Part shown: piece by piece, positions 45,646 to 55,928 of the stretch
Layout: every line of letters starts with the position of its first letter
How positions within the stretch are numbered: position 1 is the first letter of the stretch
From: Nemertoderma westbladi
Lineage: Eukaryota > Animalia > Xenacoelomorpha
DNA: 64,000 nucleotides
NCBI GenBank assembly: GCA_032718475.1
Contig: JAUCBJ010007204.1
Span: forward strand, 1-64,000
Reading direction: 5' to 3'
Notes under the pieces: generated by a model
What the model saw: only the letters and a program-made list of their open reading frames with translations
The model's database searches: none
Told to the model about the DNA's origin: nothing
Program-made: the position numbers and the translations under genes

Positions 45646-47221
45646 ATTTTCCGCTCGCAAACGATTACAGGATAACTCTAATCCGTGTGGGTTTCAGTAT
45701 TTACTGGTCTTTTAAACTTCAGCATTAACTGGTTTTTACTATCAGTTTGTAGCATACAGTAGTCCCACTAAATTCTGTAGTTAGAAACTACTTAGTAAAC
45801 AAGGTAACACTGAATCAATGAACTTCTTGGAATGTTATAATTACTTTTTTAATAGAGATTTTTTTAATGGATAAGGAGAAATTATTTACGAATTACGAAT
45901 TATTGTTGGTAGACCTAAACAAACTGGATGGTTGGGGGAGGGGGGGGGGGGTTAACTTTCGACGCCATCAATAAAATCGACTCAATAACAGCTGATTACT
46001 CCCAAAAATAAATTGTAACCTGTCATATTGACTTTAGTTTATTGCTTTGGTTAGAATAACTTGCGTGCCACTGTAAACCTGCTCCATTCCCTAAATTGAT
46101 GAATTAGCGTTGAGGCTGAGCCACTCTGTCCACGGTACCATCTAGGAACCCAGGTAACTCTTCCTCCACACCCGGCAGTGATCGGATCTCGATTCACCCA
46201 TTGTGGGACCGAGCCTGGCGCCATATACCCATCCATACTTCCGCCTGACCCTCCTGATGTAATGAGGTTGTGCGTGGTTCCGGGTGTCGATATGGGATAG
46301 AAGATTGTGGATATGTTAACTGCCTTTGGCAATTAGGGCACCCAAACCACCCACTCTACTTCCATTGTAACTGTATTCCAGAGAGAGCCTGAGATAGAAA
46401 ATAGTCCCAAATGTGAGGACAATTATATTCTGATTATGTAGGAATGTGGGAATGCAGGAATTTCCAATTTTCTTTGGGCGCTCCACCACTAGACACATGG
46501 AAATCTTAAGGTTCGATTGTTTAGAGCTTAATTTTAATAGCCGATGAGAATTGCACTAAATAATAACTTCTGTAAAATAAAGAGTTGGATTAATATTGCA
46601 ATGGATATGAGTAAGGATAATAAAGTAGTAAAATAATATATTGAGTAGGCCCTAAATATAAAAAGTAAATATATGTCTTGTCCAATCACATAGCACGCTA
46701 AATGTGCTAATATAAAATAATATAAAATGCACGCTAATATACTTTCATATATTACGAATTATATTTATTTATTTATCAAGCACGTTAAGTAAGAAACCTT
46801 ACCGTGTTCTTACCAAAAAAAAACTAAAAAGCAACAATCACAGTATCTTTGAGCCAAATTTGTTCGGAAAACCTAGATTTCGTGACTTTACCTAAAATTG
46901 AATGAGCTATCCAACAGCGCACATGGCAATTACAGTATATACTGTAGCTATGATAGTTTTAGTGCAGTGGTCCCACTCTGGCACCCATCTCCAATGTTAT
47001 TCGTGTTTTTTCGTGATGAAATTTTCAAGTTTTTATGACTCACTAAATCAGGGGTAACGAGTTCAGCAGCGCAGAATACTTCGTACCGCAAAATATATAA
47101 TTACCTCTATTTTTTCTTTCAGATTGTTAGTATAAAAACAAGCGCGATATCGGGCAAAGGTCCGCGTCTACTAAAGCATGAACTGTCTCCTTGAATGGCT
47201 ACTACCAAAAAAATCAACCGG

Positions 47222-47288
47222 AAGGGGGGATTGAACTCGGTACCTAGAGATTCCAAGTCTCTACCAACTTTGCCACTGCGCCGTATGA
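47222..47288 (-). other. tRNA-like sequence (pseudo-tRNA or SINE head)
   Basis: Minus strand has A-box-like GGCGCAGTGG, an anticodon-like arm AGAGA-CTTGGAA-TCTCT and B-box-like GAGTTCAATCCC. No convincing acceptor stem. Confidence 0.4.
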
Positions 47289-47897
47289 AGCCTTAACCAA
47301 AACCCAACTGGAAATTAACAACAACAACAAAACAACGGAGTGAATACTAACGTCTCGACTAATAATTATTCAATATAACGGACGCCCTATCAATAAATAA
47401 AATTTTCCTATTCTTTCATCTAAATTCGTACCTACCACCAATATTTCGTAAACGCCAACTATTAATTTATTTTGAACAATTTGTTCGAAATGATTGTTTT
47501 GGTTCTCGATAACCGACACACTAACCTGTTCCTTTCAAATAATGTTTTAAATTAAAACTAAGTTTTTAAACCCACTAAACACATAATTGGTGTTTGAGTC
47601 AGTTAGGACTCCATTGCAAACAACACATGTGTGCGACACACTCACTGAACATGTTAATGCGCCATGTAATTTCTGGACAAATTCCAGATAATTTACAGTA
47701 TATAAGGATAAATGACAATATTGCCCTCATTGCCTTTGTGTATTACAGTTTAACGTTTACATAATATTTTGAGGTTATGTAAAGTGGGGTTACTTTAGAA
47801 TTCTTTTTAGAATCTATTTTTTAATGATATAATTTATATTGGACTTTGAATGATTTAAGTTTGATTTGGCTGCCGATGTAATAATTCATATATTGAT

Positions 47898-49109
47898 ATG
47901 AGCTACAAAATTAGGATGTTTCAAATAAGAAGAAAATATGTAGTTTTGTTTTCGATAATATGTATCTTAATCTCAACCACCTTTTATATTTGGAATGGGA
48001 GAACAACTCTCGTTCGCCAAAGAGTAGGACCAGCCCAACCGTTGCTAAGTGTACATTCGTCCGACCATCCCTCTGTCCGTCCATCAGTCCGTATATCTGC
48101 ACCCGATCTAACTAAGATGTCCGATAAGAATATCAGTATAATATTTCAATCAAAGGAGAATCAATTACGGAAATTATCGGATGAAGCGGGGTTCTATCCA
48201 ATCCACGACGATCAAAGCGAGCTGTTTTGTTCAAACGGAGAGCCACTTGTTCCTAATATCGTACATCTCATTTGGTTACACCAAATTGAATTCCAATTCA
48301 TCAACTATATATGTCTGGTCTCAGTTTATAAAAATATGAAACCGAAGGTTATTTATTTCCACACAAACAAGGGGCTTAATTTCACCGGAAGTAACGGTAA
48401 TACACCGCCTTGGTTTACCAGAGCCAAGGAGGAGATTCCCATAATAGTTGTCAAGGAAACTGTTGCCCCGGAGACTGTGTTTGGTATCCCTTTATCCAGC
48501 AACCCAGAGTTTCGTGCCTCGCACCAAACCGACGTGCTGAGATTCCAAATACTCCGACAATACGGTGGAATCTACCTAGACGGCGATGTATTCGGGGTCC
48601 AGACGATTAATGCATCTGTCCGTTGCTATGACTACAGTGCTGATCGCGATGAAAACGGTAACAATATGCTGGCATCTGGAGTTATTGTAGCTAAGAAAAA
48701 TTCATCATTTCTAAAGTTAGTGTCGGAAAGTTTTCGGAACTATAACGGTGACTGTTGGGGGTGTGCTGCCATAGAAGAACCAGGGAAGATTTTCGAAAGT
48801 TCTCCACATTTGGTCAATGTGGTGGAAGATGGATTTATTTATCCCAAATGGAGGCAAGGTGGCCTCCAACTCTATGCGGACTATGATTGGTGGAGTGGTA
48901 GATACACAGTACATCTGTGGATGCGGCGGTGGAGTATATGGGATAAAAATGAGCAAATTACCCAGGACAATGTGCATTGTGTGGATTCCGCATTAGGAGA
49001 GATTCTTCGATCGATTCATCGTGTTGATAAACTTTGTACTGAAGCGGAACGGGGTGGTCTGCTACCAGTTTACGTACGGAATCGCGATAAATACAGACGA
49101 GAAATGTAG
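47898..49109 (+). CDS. GT32 / DXD-motif glycosyltransferase, paralogue of 36323-37366 with a longer stem region
   Basis: TM segment (YVVLFSIICILISTTFYIW). The catalytic domain is nearly identical to the first copy from LVPNIVH to the stop; GGIYLDGDV is present. Confidence 0.9.
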   Translation: MSYKIRMFQIRRKYVVLFSIICILISTTFYIWNGRTTLVRQRVGPAQPLLSVHSSDHPSVRPSVRISAPDLTKMSDKNISIIFQSKENQLRKLSDEAGFYPIHDDQSELFCSNGEPLVPNIVHLIWLHQIEFQFINYICLVSVYKNMKPKVIYFHTNKGLNFTGSNGNTPPWFTRAKEEIPIIVVKETVAPETVFGIPLSSNPEFRASHQTDVLRFQILRQYGGIYLDGDVFGVQTINASVRCYDYSADRDENGNNMLASGVIVAKKNSSFLKLVSESFRNYNGDCWGCAAIEEPGKIFESSPHLVNVVEDGFIYPKWRQGGLQLYADYDWWSGRYTVHLWMRRWSIWDKNEQITQDNVHCVDSALGEILRSIHRVDKLCTEAERGGLLPVYVRNRDKYRREM

Positions 49110-49309
49110 AAATATAATATGATTGGACGATTTCGTGATCTTCCACAGTAAACAATCCTTCGAATCGCAAGGTTCACCGATTAGATGATGAAATAATCTA
49201 TATTTATATAAGGAAATCCTATGGAAATAATATAACTAAGAAATACCATCGGCCATGAAACAACTAATAATATGGATGGGGAATCGATTAGGCTTATTTA
49301 TCCAGGGTA

Positions 49310-51466
49310 TGCCGGTTCATCACTATGGTTGATCTTCCACAGTGAACGCTCCACTCTGTTTCCTAAAGGAATGCCCATTCACCACCATGGATGATATTCC
49401 ACAGTAAACCTTCCACTCTATTTCCTAAAAGTTGCCTGTTCACCACCATGGGTGATCTTCCACAGTAAACCCTTCACTCTGTTTCCTAAAGGAATGCCTG
49501 TTCACCACCATGGGTGATCTTCCACAGTAAACCCTACCACTCTGTTTCCTAAAGGAATGCCTGTTCACCACCATGGATGATCTTCCACAGTAAACCCTTC
49601 CACTCTGTTTCCTAAAGGAATGCCTGTTCACCACCATGGATGATCTTCCACAGTAAACCCTTCCACTCTGTTTCCTAAAGGAATGCCTGTTCACAACATG
49701 GGTGATATTCCACAGTAAAACCTTCCACTCTGTTTCCTAAAGGAATGCCTGTTTACCACCATGGGTGATCTTCCACAGTAAACCCTTCCACTCTGTTTCC
49801 TAAAGGAATGCCTGTTCACCACCATGGATGATCTTCCACAGTAAACCCTTCCACTCTGTTTCCTAAAGGAATGCCTGTTTACCACAATGGGTGATCTTCC
49901 ACAGTAAACCCTTCCACTCTGTTTCCTAAAGGAATGCCTGTTTACCACCATGGGTGATCTTCCACAGTAAACCCTTCCACTCTGTTTCCTAAAGGAATGC
50001 CAGTTCACCACATGGGTGATCTTCCACAGTAAACCCTTCCACTCTGTTTCCTAAAGGAATGCCCGTTTACCACCATGGGTGATCTTCCACAGCAAACCCA
50101 TCCTCTCTGTTTCCTAAAGGAATGCCTGTTCACCACCATGGTTGATCTTCCACAGTAAACCCTCCACTATGTTTCCTAAAGGAATGCCCGTTCACCACCA
50201 TGGATGATATTCCACAGTAAACCTTCCACTCTGTTTCCTAAAGGAATGCCTGTTCACCACCATGGGTGATCTTCCACAGTAAACCCTTCCACTCTGTTTC
50301 CTAAAGGAATGCATGTTCACCACCATGGATGATCTTCCACAGTAAACCCTTCCACTCTGTTTCCTAAAGGAATGCCTGTTTACCACCATGGGTGATATTC
50401 CACAGTAAACCCTTCCACTCTGTTTCCTAAAGGAATGCATGTTCACCACCATGGATGATCTTCCACAGTAAACCCTTCCACTCTGTTTCCTAAAGGAATG
50501 CATGTTCACCACCATGGATGATCTTCCACAGTAAACCCTTCCACTCTGTTTCCTAAAGGAATGCATGTTCACCACCATGGATGATCTTCCACAGTAAACC
50601 CTTCCACTCTGTTTCCTAAAGGAATGCCTGTTTACCACCATGGGTGATCTTCCACAGTAAACCCTTCCACTCTGTTTCCTAAAGGAATGCCAGTTCACCA
50701 CATGGGTGATCTTCCACAGTAAACCCTTCCACTCTGTTTCCTAAAGGAATGCCCGTTTACCACCATGGGTGATCTTCCACAGCAAACCCATCCTCTCTGT
50801 TTCCTAAAGGAATGCCTGTTCACCACCATGGTTGATCTTCCACAGTAAACCCTCCACTATGTTTCCTAAAGGAATGCCCGTTCACCACCATGGATGATAT
50901 TCCACAGTAAACCTTCCACTCTGTTTCCTAAAGGAATGCCTGTTCACCACCATGGGTGATCTTCCACAGTAAACCCTTCCACTCTGTTTCCTAAAGGAAT
51001 GCATGTTCACCACCATGGATGATCTTCCACAGTAAACCCTTCCACTCTGTTTCCTAAAGGAATGCCTGTTCACCACCATGGTGATCTTCCACAGTAAACC
51101 CTTCCACTCTGTTTCCTAAAGGAATGCATGTTCACCACATGGGTGATATTCCACAGTAAAACCTTCCACTCTGTTTCCTAAAGGAATGCCTGTTCACCAC
51201 CATGGGTGATCTTCCACATTAAACCCTTCCACTCTGTATCCTAAAGGAATGCCTGTTCACCACTATGGGTGATCTTCCACAGTAAACCCTTCCACTCTGT
51301 TTCCTAAAGGAATGCCTGTTGGTGATCTCCCACAGTAAACCCTTCCACTATGTTTCCTAAATGAATACCTGTTCACCACCAAGGATAATCTTCCACAGTA
51401 AACCCTTCCACTCTGTTTCCTAAAGGAATGCCTGTTCACCACCATGGATGATCATCAACAGTAAAC
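49310..51466. repeat. 63-bp tandem repeat (CACCACCATGGGTGATCTTCCACAGTAAACCCTTCCACTCTGTTTCCTAAAGGAATGCCTGTT), ~34 copies
   Basis: Directly visible; variant units recur in a higher-order block of roughly 690 bp. Confidence 0.95.
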
Positions 51467-51949
51467 CATTACATTTTATTACATTTTTATGTAATGTTTA
51501 TTATTTTTATGTAATGTAATAATTTCATGTAATCTTTTGTTTCCTTACTGACCAGTCAAGGATAAAAGCCTGGATTGAGCTATGCTGCAACATTTAATAT
51601 ACTGTGTCCAAACAGTGCTACTCAATCTGTGGATCAAAACAGGGCCAACTTAATGCGGAAGCTCAGGAAGGTCACACTATAGCAAGTGACTGCTAACTGA
51701 CTAATGTTACACTAATAAATGTAATATGTTGATAATATATAACACGTAATAATAGCCGGTATGTTGGTTATCTATAAGATACTTTATATTTATTTCGCAA
51801 TTTAAACTTTTATCAGCAAATCTTCGCTTTAGATCACATCAGGAGGGGGGGGGGGGGGGGGGGGCTGAACTTTCGAAGAAATACAAATTCACCCCTCTCC
51901 TCTCCGCAGGGGCATTTTACCCAAATACTACTATTACTATGTCGAGCGA

Positions 51950-53462
51950 ACTCGGACAGTGGAAATGAGATCCTTCCAGGCTTCCCGATTCTCCATAGTT
52001 CAGTATCCCTTTCAAGTTGATCTATATATGTTATGGCCGGTCGTCCACGACTACGCTTTCCATGAGTTGGTTGCCAGAAAAGTAGATCTGGTATGACCTC
52101 GTCTTTACTTCGCCAGCAGTGACAACTGAATCTTAATCTGCATTCATGGAGGGTGGTATTGTACCATAAAGCTCGGTGTTTGTCATGTGTTGTCTCCAGC
52201 TGATGTTTAGGGCTGCCCTTAGTAGTCTTGTGTAGCAACCATCAATTCGTTGTTCAAGTGATTTAGTCAGTGTCCAGGTCTCACCACCGTATAAAAATGC
52301 ACTTTCCACTGTGGCTCGAAAGAACTTAGTCTTCAGTTGCCTGGAGAGATCTGATTTCCAGATGGTATCCATTTTTGATAGAACTACCCAAGCCTTTGCT
52401 TTCCTAACTTCTATGTCCTTTTTGCTACTTTCTATCCATGATCCAAGGTACTGGAAGTCGTCAACCTTCCTTAGTTGATTATTATCAATGGTTGTCAAGT
52501 TTCCATCAACATTAAAGGTCATGAATTCGGTCTTGGTAGCATTTATATGCAATCCAACCTCCTTAGCAGCCCTCTCCACTTTATTTAGTAGAAGCTGTGC
52601 ATCTGCAAGGGTATTAGAGAGCAAGGCGATGTCATCCGCGAAGTCGGTGTCTGTGACTGTAGTTGCCGGATACCTACTACTTCTGCGTTCTTGAAATGTG
52701 AATAGTAATGGTGCTAATGTGTCACCTTGCAGTACGCCAGCCAAGATTGAGAAAAACTCAGTTTCACCATCTGGTGAGAGTACCTGCGCTTCTGTGTCAC
52801 AATATAACAATCCAATGCCAGCAACAATTACTTCTGTTAATCCATAAGCTCTTAGGATTTCAAGCATTTTGCCTCTATGGATGGAGTCGAATGCCTTCTT
52901 GAAGTCCAACAAAAGTTATGACTGCGCGGAGATTCTTTACTTTATTCCTTCAATCAGTCTCCGTAGTGCAAGTATCTGATCTATTGTTGATCTACTTGGT
53001 CGAAATCCGTTTTGGCTCTTACGCAGTAGTTTCTCTATGTGAGGCCTAATCCTATATAGAATCATTTTATTGTATATTTTGGCAGCTACCACAAGCAGAC
53101 AGATCCCACGATAGTTTGTTGGTATACCGAGGTCTCCTTTCTTGGGGAGAGGCTTTAGTTGACCTTTAGTCAAAATTGGTGGTGGCTTTTCCCCCTTTAA
53201 CATCCTGTTGCAAACATTCAATAATGGTCTGTTTAGCACTCCTGTTTTCCATACCTCCGCTGGGATTTCATCTAATCCACTCGCTTTTTTATTGGAGATG
53301 CTTTTAATGCTTCTTTGGAGTTCGGCAGGTGTGAAGTCCCCTGTTTCTATAGGTAGTGTCTTGTCATATTATTTCCTTGTAGGGCTGACCTCGATGTTTG
53401 GTGGCTGCCCAAGCAAGTTGCTGAAGTGATTTTTCCACTTCCCAACACGTTCTTCAGGACTC
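51950..53462 (-). pseudogene. 5'-truncated, frameshifted RTE-clade LINE reverse transcriptase
   Basis: Motifs PLPKKGDL..PTNYRGI, QNGFRPSRST, DFKKAFDS, GVLQGDTLAP, FADD, YLGS and FWQPTHGKRSRGRP. Related to, but distinct from, the LINE at 1-3264. Confidence 0.88.
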
Positions 53463-53580
53463 GCAATATTTCCAAAACTGTTGTGCTATGGACACTGGAC
53501 AGGCATAGATAGGTTTTATGTATATAGAATAATAGTTAAGTTAAAGGATTCGTACCAAATCAAAAACTCCTCAGAAACCT

Positions 53581-53645
53581 ATGCTGGGATCGAACCCACG
53601 ACCTACGGATTGATGTGAATTCATTTTTAACCACAACGCCAAGGT
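53581..53645 (-). other. tRNA-derived SINE-like head
   Basis: Minus strand has A-box TGGCGTTGTGG and B-box GGTTCGATCCC at tRNA-like spacing; no complete cloverleaf. Confidence 0.45.
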
Positions 53646-53974
53646 GTAACTGAAAGAAAATTGGTGGTACAATTTAAAATAAGACAATTAATTACTTGGC
53701 TATTCTCATTTCATCACACCTCATCCATTTTTACCTACTTTCTCGTCCTATTGTCATATTTAATCTATTAAATATTTCCTTGCTAAGGTTAAGGTATTAT
53801 TATAGACAAGTACAGCAGCAGCTTAATTAAGGTTATGATACACAGATAATGTTTATAATAATAAATGAATTGTTGTGGGGTGAGTGACGGTGAATTAAAT
53901 ATATAATGTAGATAAGACAATATGATAATGCTCTCCATAGCGAAAAATATCAACCGACCCTGTTAGGGCCCGAA

Positions 53975-54016
53975 CCCGGTACCTAGGTTTCAAACTTCTG
54001 GTTATCATCAGCCGGG
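53975..54016 (-). ncRNA. Minimal type I hammerhead ribozyme motif
   Basis: Minus strand reads CCCGG-CTGATGA-T-AACCAGAAGTTT-GAAA-CCTAGG-TA-CCGGG. Confidence 0.65.
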
Positions 54017-54344
54017 TGTGTGTACTGAGCTACAGGGTCGGTTGATACTTTTCGCTATGGAGAGCATTATCATATTGTCTTATCTACATTATATAGTTAA
54101 TTTACCGTCTCTCACCCAACAACAATTCATTTATTATTATTAATTAACAACCTGGGCCAGGCATACGGGGTTACAGTGGTTTCTACAACACTGTATAGTA
54201 GTTATTCTTTGAGGCATGGTTGCCATTTCTGGCAGAGCACGGGAATAACGAACTTGTACTTTCCTTTGAGTGATTAGTTGGCCTAAATATGATCTCCCAC
54301 TCCACAGCGAAATTTTCATCCGGTCTGGTAGATCAGTACACTCA

Positions 54345-54386
54345 CCCGGCTGATGATAACCGGAAGTTTGAAACCTAGGTACCGGG
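54345..54386 (+). ncRNA. Minimal type I hammerhead ribozyme motif
   Basis: CCCGG-CTGATGA-T-AACCGGAAGTTT-GAAA-CCTAGG-TA-CCGGG: stem I, conserved core, short palindromic stem III and a GUA cleavage triplet. Confidence 0.68.
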
Positions 54387-55928
54387 TTCGAGCCCCAACA
54401 GTGTCGGTTGATATTTTTCGCTATGTAGAGCATTATCATATTGTCTTATCTACATTATACAGATAATGTTTGTATTTTTGGGAGAGACCCGAGTAAGTGG
54501 ATAAGACTTGACTACGAGTTTTAATTAAGTCGTAAATAACTTTATTCATCAACATCAACTTTGCTGTTGTTAATCATAAAGACTTAGAGACATCCACCAA
54601 CTTCCAGCAAATTAATGGTGAGTCGGAATACAGTAAGTTATAAGTGACACTGTTAAATCTGAACATTTTTAATAAATTGAAAGGAAAATGATAAATTCAG
54701 TCAATTTTACGATTATAATTATTTTTTTCATTTTTTGTTGTTTCATCAAAAAATATTTGTGTTAATAAATCATCAATAAATAATCATCAATAAATCAATC
54801 ACTTGATAGGGGGAACTTTCGACGCAATCAAAATTCTTTCCTCACCAGAAAAAAATCGTAGAAATCACAGCTGATTTCTATCAAAAATACAACTGTAACC
54901 TGTTCTATTGACATTATTTTTTGCTTTTGCTTTGGTTCGAATAAAGCTCACTGTAACCTGTTCCCTTTTCTTAAATGATAATTTAACATTGAGACGAGAG
55001 GGGAATAATACTATTGTACTTGTACAACAAAATAACGAAGTGTTTCTTCAAAAACTAAATAGGCCTACTATAAATTTACAAATCGTAGATAAGCCGGTGA
55101 TGGCAGATGGCACAGCAAGAACATGCATAAAATAAGTTGCAGCACACAAAAAAAACAATAACATCATAATAAAAACTATTTCGTCGAGAATAAAAGCGGC
55201 TTGTAGCTGTTGGTGCGTATGTATGGTGTGGTGCGTGGTTAGGGAGTTACTAATTGGGCTATAAATCAGGGAAAACAAAGATCAAATATAAAATATATAG
55301 TCAATATAAAAACGCCTCTACCCACTGCAACACAGCAACCTGGTCCAGGCAGAACTAACTGGAGCAGAGGTAGAGGGAGGGATGTTTAAGAGTCTGTGTT
55401 TATCCCTCAAAGTGCCTGTAACTACCCCTAGGGAACCCGACAAACATGCCACCATCCACATGGAGTCTATACCAATTAATGAGACTATAGACAGTTCCAG
55501 GCGATGTTTCTTCCACATGTTTAACAAATAGAATGGATGCATAGTGCCAGCCAACCAGACTGCTCCTCCAACAGGCCGCCCCTGTGCGGGGTGCCGGGCT
55601 AATTGGCAAGCCTTTTGTTTTACCCGCGGGCGTGTTTCCCCCTCATTGGCTCAACACAGACGGAAATCCGTTGCCTGTTTCCCTGAAGTCGCTTCTCTCA
55701 ATCAGACTTACCGTATTAACTGGCAGAGTTTCGATTTAAGCTCATCATTTGTCTCATTGCGAAGGTTGTTAATAGTAGGTAATTAGAGATCAACTTAGAA
55801 ATAAAAAAGGTTTTCGGTTTTTTTGTCGTCGTTTTCCTCGGATTTCCAATTTCTTTAGTAATCAGAACCAATGTTACATTGCGCTAAGCCCTGACCCTCA
55901 TCACACCTACCATTCTCGGATCCACCCG

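Larger units (their letters stand above)
53855..54458. mobile_element. Short non-autonomous Penelope-like element with inverted partial repeats
   Basis: A 13-bp direct repeat ACAGATAATGTTT flanks it (53842-53854, 54459-54471). It has a long palindrome at ~53856-54141, an inverted partial copy at ~54331-54458 and two hammerhead motifs. Confidence 0.6.

Noticed and set aside
46051-46498. Two short minus-strand ORFs downstream of STAT
   Set aside because: No recognisable domain, and they partly overlap a dispersed repeat.
49440-51445. Repetitive minus-strand ORFs (MVVNRHSFRKQSGRVYCGRS)
   Set aside because: They are translations of the 63-bp satellite.
54380-54398. GGTTCGAGCCC as a tRNA B-box
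   Set aside because: There is no A-box or cloverleaf upstream; the adjacent sequence fits a hammerhead core better.
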